Shown: positions 28,650-38,390 of the stretch, piece after piece
Position numbering within the stretch: the stretch's first letter is position 1
Layout of the letters: every line of letters starts with the position of its first letter
Source: Planctomycetota bacterium
Lineage (GTDB): Bacteria; Planctomycetota; B15-G4; JADJEK01
DNA: 59,403 nucleotides
Assembly (NCBI GenBank): GCA_044225365.1
Contig: JBGAIQ010000032.1
Span: 1 to 59,403 of the forward strand
Direction: 5' to 3'
Made by a program: the position numbers and the translations under genes
Notes under the pieces: model-generated
Told to the model about the DNA's origin: nothing
What the model saw: only the letters and a program-made list of their open reading frames with translations
Databases searched by the model: none

Positions 28650-30287
28650 TCAGGGTCCCGGCGGCGGCTGGAGCGCTGGCGGGAAGAGCACGTTCGAGAG
28701 CAGCGATTGGTCCGGCGTCTGCGCGCGATAGACCACGCACTGCATCGCGAACGTCGAGATCCCGAGATCGGGCGGGATGAAGATCGGGAGCGAGGTCTTG
28801 CCGTTGCCGTCCGCCGGCAGCGCAGTGAGCAAGAAGAACGGATACGCGAGCGAGATGCAGTTGGTCTGCGCGAGGCAGTAGCCGAGCGCCTTCGGACCGC
28901 CGAGGCTCACGAGGTAGTACACCGTCTCACCCGGCGCCGCGCCCTGGAAGTCGAAGCTCGCCGTCTTGCCGAGATAGAGCTGCGAAGCCGAAAGACCCGG
29001 GACGCAGTAGTCGATGATCCCGTTCTGATCGACGTCCGGCACCGCGCCCTGCGTGATCTCGCACCCGTCGGGGATCTGATTGCCGTTGGCATCGGGCCCG
29101 ACGGGACTGTCGGGGACGATGCGGAACAACTCGCCATCGACCGAGTCGAAGAAGTACATCTCGCCGTGCGTGTCGACGCCGAACGACGTGATCTTCTTGA
29201 TATCGCGACCGGGCGGGGCGAGCTCGGCGGTGCGCTCGGTGAATTCCGTCATCGTCGTGCCGTCATAGCGGAAGGACCAGATTCGCGCCTTGTTGTAGTC
29301 CGCGAAGAAGTAGGTGCCCTGCAGCCACGGCATCGCGCATCCGCGATAGACGAACCCGCCAATCACCGCGGTCCCGAATCCGCCGTGCGGATAGACGTGG
29401 ATCGGAGCCGTCACGTTGGGATTGCCGATGCATCCGAGCTGGTTCGTCGGCAGGTCGCCTTCGAGGCAGTGCCATCCGAAGTTCTGTCCCGACGTACCAC
29501 CCTTGATGAAATCGATCTCCTCGCGATTCTCCTGACCGACGTCGCCGATGTAGAGATCACCGGTCTGGGAGTCGATCGAGAAGCGCCACGGGTTGCGCAG
29601 ACCGTAGGCGAAGATCTCGGGCTTCGCACCGGGAGTGTTGATGAACGGATTCGTCGGCGGGATCGCGTACGGCGTTCCGCCATCGACGTCGATGCGGATG
29701 ATCTTCCCTTTCAACGTGTCGAGGTGCGATGCGTAGTCGAACGGGTCGTAGGCGCCGCCGCCGTCTCCGATCGACATGTACAAGTATCCGTCCGGGCCGA
29801 ACTGAATCATGCCCGAATTGTGCTGCAGGAACGGCTTCGGCTCCCGCAGGATCAGTACGCCGCTGTTCGAGTCCGCGAGTTCGGGATTCGACGTGGAGCG
29901 CGTATACCGCCACAGGGCCACGTTTCCGAACACGTCGGAGAAGCACACGTAGACGTAGCCGTTCTGCGCGTAGTTCGGATGGAAGGCCATCGACAAGAGG
30001 CCCTGCTCGCTCAGGGTCGACATGAACGGGAAGAGATTGAGGAAGTTGTGGTTCTTCCAATCGGTCTCCGGCAAGTTCATCGTGTGGATGTAGCCGGAAT
30101 TCTTCTCGAGGATGAAGATGCGATTGGGCGCCGTCGGATCCGCGATCATGAACGTCGGGAAGTCGATCCCCGTCGCCACGAGTTGCGAAGTCATCTTCGG
30201 CGGATTGGTCGCGAGTACATTCGAAGCGGAACCGATCCCCACCACAACGATCGCGGCGCTGGCCGCGAGCTTGCGAACGTCGAACAT
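28650..30287 (-). CDS. PQQ-dependent glucose/sorbosone dehydrogenase-family beta-propeller with C-terminal extension
   Basis: EQGLLSMAFHP, HNSGMIQFGPDGYLY, GDGG, YGLRNPWRFS, GDVGQ..EEID, ITSFGVD. Signal peptide present. DANGNQIPDGC/DVDQNGIIDYC repeats. Confidence 0.92.
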   Translation of the reverse strand: MFDVRKLAASAAIVVVGIGSASNVLATNPPKMTSQLVATGIDFPTFMIADPTAPNRIFILEKNSGYIHTMNLPETDWKNHNFLNLFPFMSTLSEQGLLSMAFHPNYAQNGYVYVCFSDVFGNVALWRYTRSTSNPELADSNSGVLILREPKPFLQHNSGMIQFGPDGYLYMSIGDGGGAYDPFDYASHLDTLKGKIIRIDVDGGTPYAIPPTNPFINTPGAKPEIFAYGLRNPWRFSIDSQTGDLYIGDVGQENREEIDFIKGGTSGQNFGWHCLEGDLPTNQLGCIGNPNVTAPIHVYPHGGFGTAVIGGFVYRGCAMPWLQGTYFFADYNKARIWSFRYDGTTMTEFTERTAELAPPGRDIKKITSFGVDTHGEMYFFDSVDGELFRIVPDSPVGPDANGNQIPDGCEITQGAVPDVDQNGIIDYCVPGLSASQLYLGKTASFDFQGAAPGETVYYLVSLGGPKALGYCLAQTNCISLAYPFFLLTALPADGNGKTSLPIFIPPDLGISTFAMQCVVYRAQTPDQSLLSNVLFPPALQPPPGP

Positions 30288-30634
30288 TGATTGCTCCAAG
30301 GTGCGAGACTGCGAATCACGTTCGGGTGTGATTCGCTTTCTTCGATTTGGGAACTCGATCTGGTCGGACAAGCGTCGCCCGGCAACGAACCGCTACTCCG
30401 TCGAATTCGCCGAAACATCCTGACACGGTGAGTAAACCTCATACCGCGCCGATGCGCAAGTGCGCCGCCGCAGGGGTGGGTCGCACTCCGGAAGGTGGCC
30501 CGCGAAGGGCGGCCTCGTGCGAGGTCGGCGGAGTCGTTCGGGACGGACTCTCGCGGCGACACTTCGCGGACGAAACCCGGTTCGACCGTTTCGCGAACGG
30601 CGCATCGAAAACGCGAGAATTCGCCGAATCTCGC

Positions 30635-30663
30635 TTGAGTCGTCGAAATCGCGTAGTTACTGT
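30635..30663 (+). promoter_or_regulatory. Putative sigma70-type promoter of the histone gene
   Basis: TTGAGT-N17-TACTGT, followed by an AT-rich leader and RBS GGAGG at 30709-30713. Confidence 0.6.
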
Positions 30664-30720
30664 GCGGGCCTGTTTCGTTTCCCAATTCAAACTTTTGGCT
30701 CGTTCGCTGGAGGGCTCACG

Positions 30721-30927
30721 ATGGCAGCTAAGAAGGCCGGTGGCAACAAGAAGCGCGACACTCTCGTCGTTGGTAGCAAGTGCAAGGAGTACGTCCGCTC
30801 CAAGAACCTGATGGCGGCGGGCGACCTGATCGACGCGATCAGCGAGAAGGTCTACGCGATGCTGGACGCCGCGGGCAACCGCGTCAGCGCGAACAAGCGC
30901 TCGACGATGCGTCCGCACGACCTTTGA
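30721..30927 (+). CDS. Bacterial histone-fold protein (short-alpha3, Bd0055/face-to-face type) with basic N-terminal tail
   Basis: MAAKKAGGNKKRDTLVVGSKCKEYVRSKNLMAAGDLIDAISEKVYAMLDAAGNRVSANKRSTMRPHDL. LVVxSKxK alpha1 and A..N.RxTxxxxDL end are typical of prokaryotic histones. Strong RBS. Confidence 0.9.
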   Translation: MAAKKAGGNKKRDTLVVGSKCKEYVRSKNLMAAGDLIDAISEKVYAMLDAAGNRVSANKRSTMRPHDL

Positions 30928-30985
30928 TTCCTGAATCAGATGTCGACCGCGCGGCTCGCGAACTCAGGTCGCTTCACGAAACCGA

Positions 30986-32677
30986 TCAGGATCGGAACAG
31001 ATCGCTCATGTTCCTGCCGAGAAGACGCCCGGCCACGAAGAGCGAATACAGCAGCACGAGCGACCCCACGACGCCCATGGCGCTGGCGATCTGCGGGCCG
31101 TTCTTCAGATCGCCGGCGAGGATGTAGATCGACTTCGCGATGGGATACGACTCCTTCGTCGGCGCGAGAATGAGGCTCTCCGAAACTTCGAGAAGGGCGA
31201 AGGAGAAGGCCAGGATGCCGCCCGCGAGGAGATGGCCGGCGACGAGGGGGAGCGTGATGCGTCGCGCCACGACGGTGTTCGATGCCCCGAATCCGCGCGC
31301 GGCTTCCTCGAGCGCGACCGGGAGCTGGCGGAAGCCCGCGTCGGCCGAGCGCACGAGATAGGGCAAGCGACGCAGCGCGTAGCCGAGCACGAGCAGGAGT
31401 CCGGGATGCGCGAGCACGTCGAGCGGCGATCCGCTGAAGGCGTACACGTAGCCGAAGGCGAGCACGATTCCGGGGAGTGCGAGCGGCAACATCGAACAGA
31501 CGTCGAGGAGACTCGCAAAGTTCCCTCCGCGGCGAACGACGAGCCAGGCGATCGCGCCGCCCAGCGCGATGTCGATCAGCGTCGAGCACGAGGCGTAGAC
31601 GAGCGAATTCTTCACTCCGAGGAATGCGATCTCGTCGGTGGCGACGTGAGCGTAGTGCGCGAGCGTCCAGTGCTCGGGCAGGATCGTGAAGAACCAACTC
31701 TTGGCGAGCGAGAGAACGAGCACGGCCGCATGCGGCATCAGCGTGAGTGCCGAGAGCAGGCACAGTGCGACGTAGAGGAGCGCGCGCTGCTTCGTCGTGA
31801 TCGGTCGCGGCCGCGCGACGACGATTCCCTTGGCGGCGGACGACGGCGACGTGCGCTTCACCGCGGCGCGTGCGAGCAGGAACGACCCGAGCGTGGCGAC
31901 GATCACGAAGAGCACGAGCGCGTAGCCGACGGGATCGCGACTCGCTTCGGAAGCGCGCTCGAAGATCTGGATCGGTACGAGCATGCGCGCATCGAACACG
32001 ATCGGCGCACCGAGATCGGTGAGCGCAAAGATGAAGACGATGACGGCGCCCGCGAAGTATCCGGGAAGGACGAGCGGGAGTCCGATGCGCGACAGGCGCA
32101 GGAAGCGGGATGCGCCCGCGCTCTCCGCCGCCTCGAACAGCGTGGGGTCGATGTTGGCGAGCGTCGCCTGCAGGTTGACGAAGAGGATCGGATAGAGATG
32201 GAGCGTGCCGACGAGCACGACGCCGATCAGCGGATTCGCGCCGAGGAAGTCGATCGGCTCGCTCACGATTCCGAGCTTCAGGAGCAGGAGATTGAGCGAT
32301 CCGAATCGCGCGAACACCTGCCGAAATCCGACGGAGCCCACGATCGGAGGCAGGACGAGACCGGCGAGCATGAACGTCTGGAACACCGCCTTGCCCGCGA
32401 AGCGATAGGCGTGGAACACCCACGCGAGCGGCAGTGCGATGAGACTCGCGAGCACGGTGATCGTGACGGCGACGAGGAACGAGTTGCGGACCGACTCGAC
32501 GAAGACCGAGTTGTTGACCGCGAGCCGGAACGCATCGAGAGTGAACCGGCCATCGACGATGAACGCGCCGCGAACGACGTGCGCGATCGGATAGAACAGG
32601 AAGAGAGCGAAGAAGAGAGCGGCGATCGCAGCGAACGCCGTCGGCACGTAGGACCTGCTCGTCGCGGCGGGCGTCAC
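30986..32677 (-). CDS. ABC transporter permease, FbpB/AfuB (Fe3+/thiamine) type
   Basis: Two EAA motifs (LFEAAESAGAS, LEEAARGFGAS), LPGIVLAFG, many TM helices. Confidence 0.93.
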   Translation of the reverse strand: MTPAATSRSYVPTAFAAIAALFFALFLFYPIAHVVRGAFIVDGRFTLDAFRLAVNNSVFVESVRNSFLVAVTITVLASLIALPLAWVFHAYRFAGKAVFQTFMLAGLVLPPIVGSVGFRQVFARFGSLNLLLLKLGIVSEPIDFLGANPLIGVVLVGTLHLYPILFVNLQATLANIDPTLFEAAESAGASRFLRLSRIGLPLVLPGYFAGAVIVFIFALTDLGAPIVFDARMLVPIQIFERASEASRDPVGYALVLFVIVATLGSFLLARAAVKRTSPSSAAKGIVVARPRPITTKQRALLYVALCLLSALTLMPHAAVLVLSLAKSWFFTILPEHWTLAHYAHVATDEIAFLGVKNSLVYASCSTLIDIALGGAIAWLVVRRGGNFASLLDVCSMLPLALPGIVLAFGYVYAFSGSPLDVLAHPGLLLVLGYALRRLPYLVRSADAGFRQLPVALEEAARGFGASNTVVARRITLPLVAGHLLAGGILAFSFALLEVSESLILAPTKESYPIAKSIYILAGDLKNGPQIASAMGVVGSLVLLYSLFVAGRLLGRNMSDLFRS

Positions 32678-32693
32678 CCCATTCCTTCCGATC

Positions 32694-33128
32694 TCAACTC
32701 TTGCCGCGCAGCTCGGCCCACGTCGAGCCGGGAGCCGCCGTCTTCGTCACGGGCAGTGACGAACCGGACCATCCCTTGCGCACGCTCTCGTCCGCCGCGC
32801 CGCCGCGACCGCCGAAGCCACCGTCGATGTTCTTCAGCTTCGTGAAGCCGGCACCGTCGAGGACTTCGCACGCGCGCGCGGAGCGACCGCCCATCTGGCA
32901 ACCGATGACGAGCGGGGCGTCCTTCTGGAACTTCGCCGTCATGACCTTCAAGAAGTCGAGGTTCGGCGACATCCCGCCTCCCGTGAGATGGGCGATCGGA
33001 ACGTTCACGGCGCCGACCGCGTGGCCCGCCGCGAATTCCTGTTCCGATCGAACGTCGACGTAGACGACTTTCGCATCCGTCTGCATCGCTTCATGCGCCT
33101 GTTTCGGGCTGACCGTTTCGTAGCTCAT
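32694..33128 (-). CDS. Single-domain rhodanese (sulfurtransferase)
   Basis: YVDVRSEQEFAAGHAVGAVNVP, active loop CQMGGRS, IDGGFGG. ATGA overlap with the ATPase stop. Confidence 0.92.
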   Translation of the reverse strand: MSYETVSPKQAHEAMQTDAKVVYVDVRSEQEFAAGHAVGAVNVPIAHLTGGGMSPNLDFLKVMTAKFQKDAPLVIGCQMGGRSARACEVLDGAGFTKLKNIDGGFGGRGGAADESVRKGWSGSSLPVTKTAAPGSTWAELRGKS

Positions 33129-34249
33129 CGTTCGTTCCTCGTTCCGTCGTCGCGGAAGTCCTCGGGTCCGTATGCGAGTGCGTCCTCGACGATCACGCTC
33201 ACGTTCTCTCCCTCCTCGAGGGTAGGAGAGCCAGAGAGCGCGAGAGTCCGCACGATCGTGCCGCCGACCTCGACTTCGTACTGCTGGAATTCGCCGAGGA
33301 ACGTCACGCTCTTGACCCGTCCGGACAGGCGATGCGTGCGCCGATCGGCGCCCGTCGACGAATCGCTCGAAGCCGCCTTGCCCTCGAGCCGGATCCGTTC
33401 CGGCCGGAGGTAGACGCGCACGTTCGAATCGGGGAGCTTCTGCTTCCCGCAGGCTCGCGCGACGACTCTTCCGTAGGGGCCTTCGACTTCGACGCCTTCT
33501 TGCGTGCGACCCACGACGCGTCCCTCGTCGAGTGCGTTGATGTCGCCAACGAACGAGGCGACGAAGGGACTCGTCGGCGCGTCGTAGATCTCGCGCGGGC
33601 TCCCGAGCTGTTCGATGATTCCGCCACGCATCACAGCGATGCGATCGGCAAGCGCGAGCGCTTCGGCGCGATCGTGCGTCACGTAGATCGCGGTTCGCTT
33701 CGTGCGCTTCTGGATCTCGCGAATCTCGACGCGCAGATCCACCCGCAGCTTCGCGTCGAGATTCGACAGCGGTTCGTCGAGGAGCAGGATCTGCGGCCGA
33801 ACGACGATCGCCCGGGCGAGAGCGACGCGCTGCTGCTGTCCGCCCGAGAGCCGCCCGGGAGGTCGATCGGCGAATTCCTCCATCCGCACGAGCTCGAGCG
33901 CTTCGCGAACGCGACGCTCCTTCTCGGCCTTCTCCACCTTGCGAACGTCGAGCCCGAAGGCGACGTTCTGCGCCACCGTGAGATGCGGCCACAACGCGTA
34001 GTTCTGGAACACCATTCCGCAGTCGCGCTTCGCCGCGGGCACGCCCTTCATCGATTGCGTCCCGAAGCGAATGTCGCCCGAAGCCGGCTCGATGAATCCT
34101 GCGATCGAGCGCAAGAGCGTGGTCTTGCCGCAGCCGGACGGTCCGAGCAGGAAGAAGAACTCACCGTCGCGGATCTCGACATCGACCCCCTTCAGGATCG
34201 TGTTCGCTTCGTAGGCGACGACGAGCTTCTCGACGCGAACCGATGTCAC
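33125..34249 (-). CDS. ABC transporter ATP-binding protein, FbpC/PotA type
   Basis: Walker A GPSGCGKT, LSGGQQQR, LLLDEP, YVTHD, C-terminal TOBE-like region. GTGA overlap with the binding-protein stop. Confidence 0.95.
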   Translation of the reverse strand: MTSVRVEKLVVAYEANTILKGVDVEIRDGEFFFLLGPSGCGKTTLLRSIAGFIEPASGDIRFGTQSMKGVPAAKRDCGMVFQNYALWPHLTVAQNVAFGLDVRKVEKAEKERRVREALELVRMEEFADRPPGRLSGGQQQRVALARAIVVRPQILLLDEPLSNLDAKLRVDLRVEIREIQKRTKRTAIYVTHDRAEALALADRIAVMRGGIIEQLGSPREIYDAPTSPFVASFVGDINALDEGRVVGRTQEGVEVEGPYGRVVARACGKQKLPDSNVRVYLRPERIRLEGKAASSDSSTGADRRTHRLSGRVKSVTFLGEFQQYEVEVGGTIVRTLALSGSPTLEEGENVSVIVEDALAYGPEDFRDDGTRNER

Positions 34250-35748
34250 CGCGACCGTCCCTTCGCCTCGAGTGACGCGGATGCCGTGCCGTGGAACGCA
34301 ACGGACTCGTACCGGGCGCGAGCGAACGCCGTCCATTCGGACTTCATGCGCTCGCGCTTCGTCGTGTCCTTCCAATCCGCAAGGATCCGATTCGACATCT
34401 CTTCCTCGGTGAATGGCAGCGAGAAGAGGATCTTCTCGGCCTCCAGCTTGGTGTCGCCTTCGAGGCGGCGCCAGACCGCGATCGCTTCCGCGAGCTCTTT
34501 GCGGGTGTCGATCAAGAACGCGCCAAGAAGGTCGTTCACGACGCTCCAGCGCCGATTCGCGAGCGCGTAGTCATAGTGGAAGTCGAAACGCAAGGAAAAC
34601 GGATTCTGAAGCACGAGCGTCTTCGGCGTGCCCGCGCGTGCGAGTGCGTCGAGCTGCGTGAAGACTCTCGGCAGCACGGTCGCGCGATTGAGGCCGAATC
34701 GCGTCGGTCCGCGAAACTCCCCCACGGATTCGCCGCGCTTCAACATCCACAGGTGCGCCGCGTCGTCGGAGAGCAGGAAATCGATGAAACGGCGCGCAGT
34801 CGCTCGATGACGCGAACCACGGAGGATGCCGACGGCGTCGGCATTCACGAGCGCGTGACCAGAGGGAAGGATGAACTCGAGCGCCGCGGGAGCGCCGGGC
34901 TCCTCGAATTCGGCGACCTTCTCGATCTGCGCGAGCGCGTACTGATCGATCGTCGGCGCGACGATGCATTGCCCCACCGCACACAGCTTCGGTATCTCGG
35001 CGGAGAACTTCGTGTAGCCGTAGACGTTGCCACCGATCTCGCGCAGGAGGCGCAGACCCGCGGTCACGCTGCCCGCCTGCTGCAAGATGATCTCGAAGAA
35101 GGTGTGATACGACGAAGAGCTTCGCGGATCCGCCGCACCGACGAAGCCGAAGAGACGCGGATCCGCGAGATCGGACCAATCGGCAACTTCGAGACCGTCG
35201 ACGCGATCGCCGAGAGTCGTCATGGCCTTGCGATTCACGAGGATCCCGAATCCCGTGAGACACGTGCCGAACCAGGTGTGGTCCTTGTCGTAGAGCGGGA
35301 AGCCCGCGATGTCGGGCGGCATCCGCTGCGGGTCGAGCAACTCAGGAGGCGGGTCGTACGACTCGAGGAGTCCCTTGCCCTTCAGCGACTCGTAGGGATC
35401 GGTGCCGCCGCCGAAGAGGACATCGGCCGCGATGCCGGCGTCCTTGTCCTTCGCAGCGGCGTATTGCTGCTCGATCCAGATCAGCGTCTTGCTGCCGCCG
35501 CCTTGCTCGAGCCACGTGACGTCGACGCCAACTCCATCGTGCTCGTAGAGCCACCGCCGAAACGCCTCTTCGACCTCGAACCGGATCCCCTCCCATTGCG
35601 GCGACGCGATCACGAGCTGTCGCGTCTCCTTCGGCGGAGCCGGATATCGATAGCGCTCCTCCCCGCTCGACACGGCGAAGAGCAGGACGGGAAGGAGGAA
35701 GAGCGGCGCGAGGAGCAGCGCCGCGCGCACGAGGAGATTCTGCGGCAT
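34246..35748 (-). CDS. ABC transporter substrate-binding protein (FbpA/AfuA-like)
   Basis: N-terminal anchor, ADVLFGGG, DWSDLADP, ADPRSSSS, ARRFIDFLLS. First gene of the ABC cluster. Confidence 0.88.
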   Translation of the reverse strand: MPQNLLVRAALLLAPLFLLPVLLFAVSSGEERYRYPAPPKETRQLVIASPQWEGIRFEVEEAFRRWLYEHDGVGVDVTWLEQGGGSKTLIWIEQQYAAAKDKDAGIAADVLFGGGTDPYESLKGKGLLESYDPPPELLDPQRMPPDIAGFPLYDKDHTWFGTCLTGFGILVNRKAMTTLGDRVDGLEVADWSDLADPRLFGFVGAADPRSSSSYHTFFEIILQQAGSVTAGLRLLREIGGNVYGYTKFSAEIPKLCAVGQCIVAPTIDQYALAQIEKVAEFEEPGAPAALEFILPSGHALVNADAVGILRGSRHRATARRFIDFLLSDDAAHLWMLKRGESVGEFRGPTRFGLNRATVLPRVFTQLDALARAGTPKTLVLQNPFSLRFDFHYDYALANRRWSVVNDLLGAFLIDTRKELAEAIAVWRRLEGDTKLEAEKILFSLPFTEEEMSNRILADWKDTTKRERMKSEWTAFARARYESVAFHGTASASLEAKGRSR

Positions 35749-35786
35749 GGAAGAAAGGCTACCGACCGCCCGATCTCCCATCCCCG

Positions 35787-38306
35787 CTAATCCTTCATTC
35801 CAAGGAGAGCGAGCGCCGTCGCAGCGGCGCGGCCGATTCCGGGGAGGTCCTCGAAGCTGCCGTCCGCGAATCGGTGCTTCCCCATCGCCGCGAGGATCTG
35901 CGTCCGCGCGCTCGCGGATTCCTTCGCGTCGAGTTCGCGCGTCGCGACGAGTGCGAGCCAGTAGTCGTACATCAGGTAGTGGGCGCCGAAGCCTTCGGGC
36001 TCGGTGTGGCACAGCGCCTTGTGGAACGCGCGGCCGAATCGATCCTGTTCCTCGATGAAGAACCGAAGGGATTGCTCGATCTCAGCGACTCCTCGCGAGC
36101 GATCATTGGAGGCGCGCAGTACCGCGAGTGCGCAGGCGGGGCCGCGTCCCGCGGCTTCGGGCGCTCGTCCGAGCACGCGCGTGTTCGGCAAGTCGGGCAT
36201 GTATCGAAAGACGCCGTCGGGATCGCGCATTTCCTCGAGGAACGCAACCGCCCGATCGACCGCCCCATCCGCAATCGCGGCACCCGAGGCCCTCGCTTCG
36301 ATCAACGCGAGGAGCGCGCCCGCGGTGAGGAAGCTCGCGGACGGATCGAAGCCGTTGCCCGCTTCGTCTCCCGCGATCGCGATGTACGGCCAGCCGCCGC
36401 TCTTCATCTGCGAGGCGACGACCTTCTTCACCAGCTCTTCCAGTGGTGCGCGGAGTTCCTCTCGCGAGAAACCGTGAACGAGTCCCGCCTGACTCGCGCG
36501 CGCCACGAACCAGGTCGCGAACACGCGACCCCAGATCGTGTAGGGACCGGCGGCGCCGCTTCGCGCATCGAGCGCTCCCGCCCGCAGGGATTCGAGTGTC
36601 CGCGCGAGCGCGCGTTCGACGGCTCCGCGTGCGGCGGGATCGCTCCGAAACGGCAAGAGCGCCATTCCACACGCCGCAGTCACCGACGGCGTGTAGAGGT
36701 TCGAATCGAATCCGAACGCATCCATCGGGCACACCCACGTTCCGTCGGCGCGCTGCATTCGTACGAGGTACTGGACGGCTTCCTTCTCGGTCCGCTCGAT
36801 CTCCTTCGGATCCTCCATCGACACCGCCGAACGCGGCGACGGCGCGATGCTGGCGAGCGAATCCGCATCGGGCCACGAGAGTCGCTCCGCTCCGTTGATG
36901 AAGGCTCCTATCGCGGCGAGGTTCGCCGCCGCCTTCCATGCGAAGCGATCGCTCTCGGAGTCCGCGACGAGTCGACGCCATCGCTCGGTCCCGTTCGGCC
37001 AGCCCGCTCTCAGCACGTCCATCGCACCGAGCCAGAACTCGGCTTCGGTTCGCCTGGGATCGTCGGACTTCGCGGCGACCCGAAGGAATGCCTCTCGCGA
37101 TTCCTCGAGTCGCCCGAGGCGCATCAGGACGAGAGCGCGGTCGGCGTCGGAATCGGGCACGCCGTCGAGTTCGGAAAGCGCCTCGTTCCCCCGGCGCTCG
37201 CGACGCAGGATCTGCGCGCGAATGCGCCGTGCCTCTTTCGTCGTCGATCCATCGATCGTCTTCTCGGCGAGGGCGAGATCGCCGCTGCGGAGCGCAACCT
37301 GCGCGATCGCGAGCGCTTCCGGCCCGTCGCGATGCGATGTAGCCTCGAGCGTCTCCTTCACCGCGAACGCATTGCGCGCCGCCAGTATCCCGCGCAGGAA
37401 TTCGTCGAGATACGAGATGTCGTAGACGCTCGTCTCCGCGACGACCTCACCCGCGGCGTCGACGCAGTAGAACGCGGTGCCGAAGCTCGACGGGCCCATT
37501 CCATACGCGCCCTCGGCCCGGAACGGGGCGACCGTATCGGCTTCGATACGCATTGGAACGAATCGTTCGTCGATGAGCGCGACGAGATCGGGATCCATGA
37601 AGATCCCCGATGGCGTCGTGCGCGGGACCGCGATCATTCGGTACACCTCGAAGACGGCGAGGATCAACTTGCCTTCCGCGGTGGCTCGCGCGCTCGCCTC
37701 GGTCCAGTCCTTCGCGAATCGAACTTCGCTGCCGCAGCGCTTTGCCAGATCGCGCGCCTTCTCGAGCAGCGGATCGACCACGGGCGCGGCGACCTCGATC
37801 GCCTTGAACGACGCGAGGACGTGTGAGACGTCGCCCGGCGGCGTCCTGCCCGCATCCGCGGCCCACGCGCTCTGCAGGATGAACATCGTCGCGCCGACCG
37901 AAACGTAGTCGTATTCGAGATAGAAGTCCGGGAGGCCCGGCTTCGACGACTTGCCCTCGACGCACGCGGCGTTCGATCCATCGATCTTCCTGTCGAAGGT
38001 CTCGATGTCCTTCGCGCCCGTGCTCGCGAGCTTCGTCACCGCGGCATCGCGCAGTTCGAGATTCGACTTCTTGCCGTCCCACTTCGCGACGTACACGACG
38101 ACGCTCGGCACTCCTTGCGAGCCCTTCGGGAACAGAGTCAGTGAATACTTGGCTTCGCCCTGATCCTCCGCCGCGAGCGACCGCCACGTCGCGTCCGGCC
38201 GCTCGACCTGGAATCCATACTGCGTGTTCTTGACGAGGAGCGACTCGTCCGGCGTCCCTCCTTCGAGGAACGACAGCAGAAGGAGCGCTGCTGCGAACGG
38301 CACCAT
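35787..38306 (-). CDS. Exported multidomain protein (thioredoxin-like, TPR, prenyltransferase/squalene-cyclase-like barrel)
   Basis: RBS AAGGAG and signal peptide. QW-like repeats YLVRMQRADGTW, SQMKSGGWPY, RDPDGVFRY, RFADGSF. ASARATAEGKLIL thioredoxin-like segment without CxxC. Confidence 0.75.
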   Translation of the reverse strand: MVPFAAALLLLSFLEGGTPDESLLVKNTQYGFQVERPDATWRSLAAEDQGEAKYSLTLFPKGSQGVPSVVVYVAKWDGKKSNLELRDAAVTKLASTGAKDIETFDRKIDGSNAACVEGKSSKPGLPDFYLEYDYVSVGATMFILQSAWAADAGRTPPGDVSHVLASFKAIEVAAPVVDPLLEKARDLAKRCGSEVRFAKDWTEASARATAEGKLILAVFEVYRMIAVPRTTPSGIFMDPDLVALIDERFVPMRIEADTVAPFRAEGAYGMGPSSFGTAFYCVDAAGEVVAETSVYDISYLDEFLRGILAARNAFAVKETLEATSHRDGPEALAIAQVALRSGDLALAEKTIDGSTTKEARRIRAQILRRERRGNEALSELDGVPDSDADRALVLMRLGRLEESREAFLRVAAKSDDPRRTEAEFWLGAMDVLRAGWPNGTERWRRLVADSESDRFAWKAAANLAAIGAFINGAERLSWPDADSLASIAPSPRSAVSMEDPKEIERTEKEAVQYLVRMQRADGTWVCPMDAFGFDSNLYTPSVTAACGMALLPFRSDPAARGAVERALARTLESLRAGALDARSGAAGPYTIWGRVFATWFVARASQAGLVHGFSREELRAPLEELVKKVVASQMKSGGWPYIAIAGDEAGNGFDPSASFLTAGALLALIEARASGAAIADGAVDRAVAFLEEMRDPDGVFRYMPDLPNTRVLGRAPEAAGRGPACALAVLRASNDRSRGVAEIEQSLRFFIEEQDRFGRAFHKALCHTEPEGFGAHYLMYDYWLALVATRELDAKESASARTQILAAMGKHRFADGSFEDLPGIGRAAATALALLGMKD

Positions 38307-38390
38307 CGGGAACTCCTTGTCCGCCGTCGGCGCGGGCGGGTCCCGCATCGTAGTCGCGCGCAGTGCAGCGCGGAACACGATTGGATTCGT

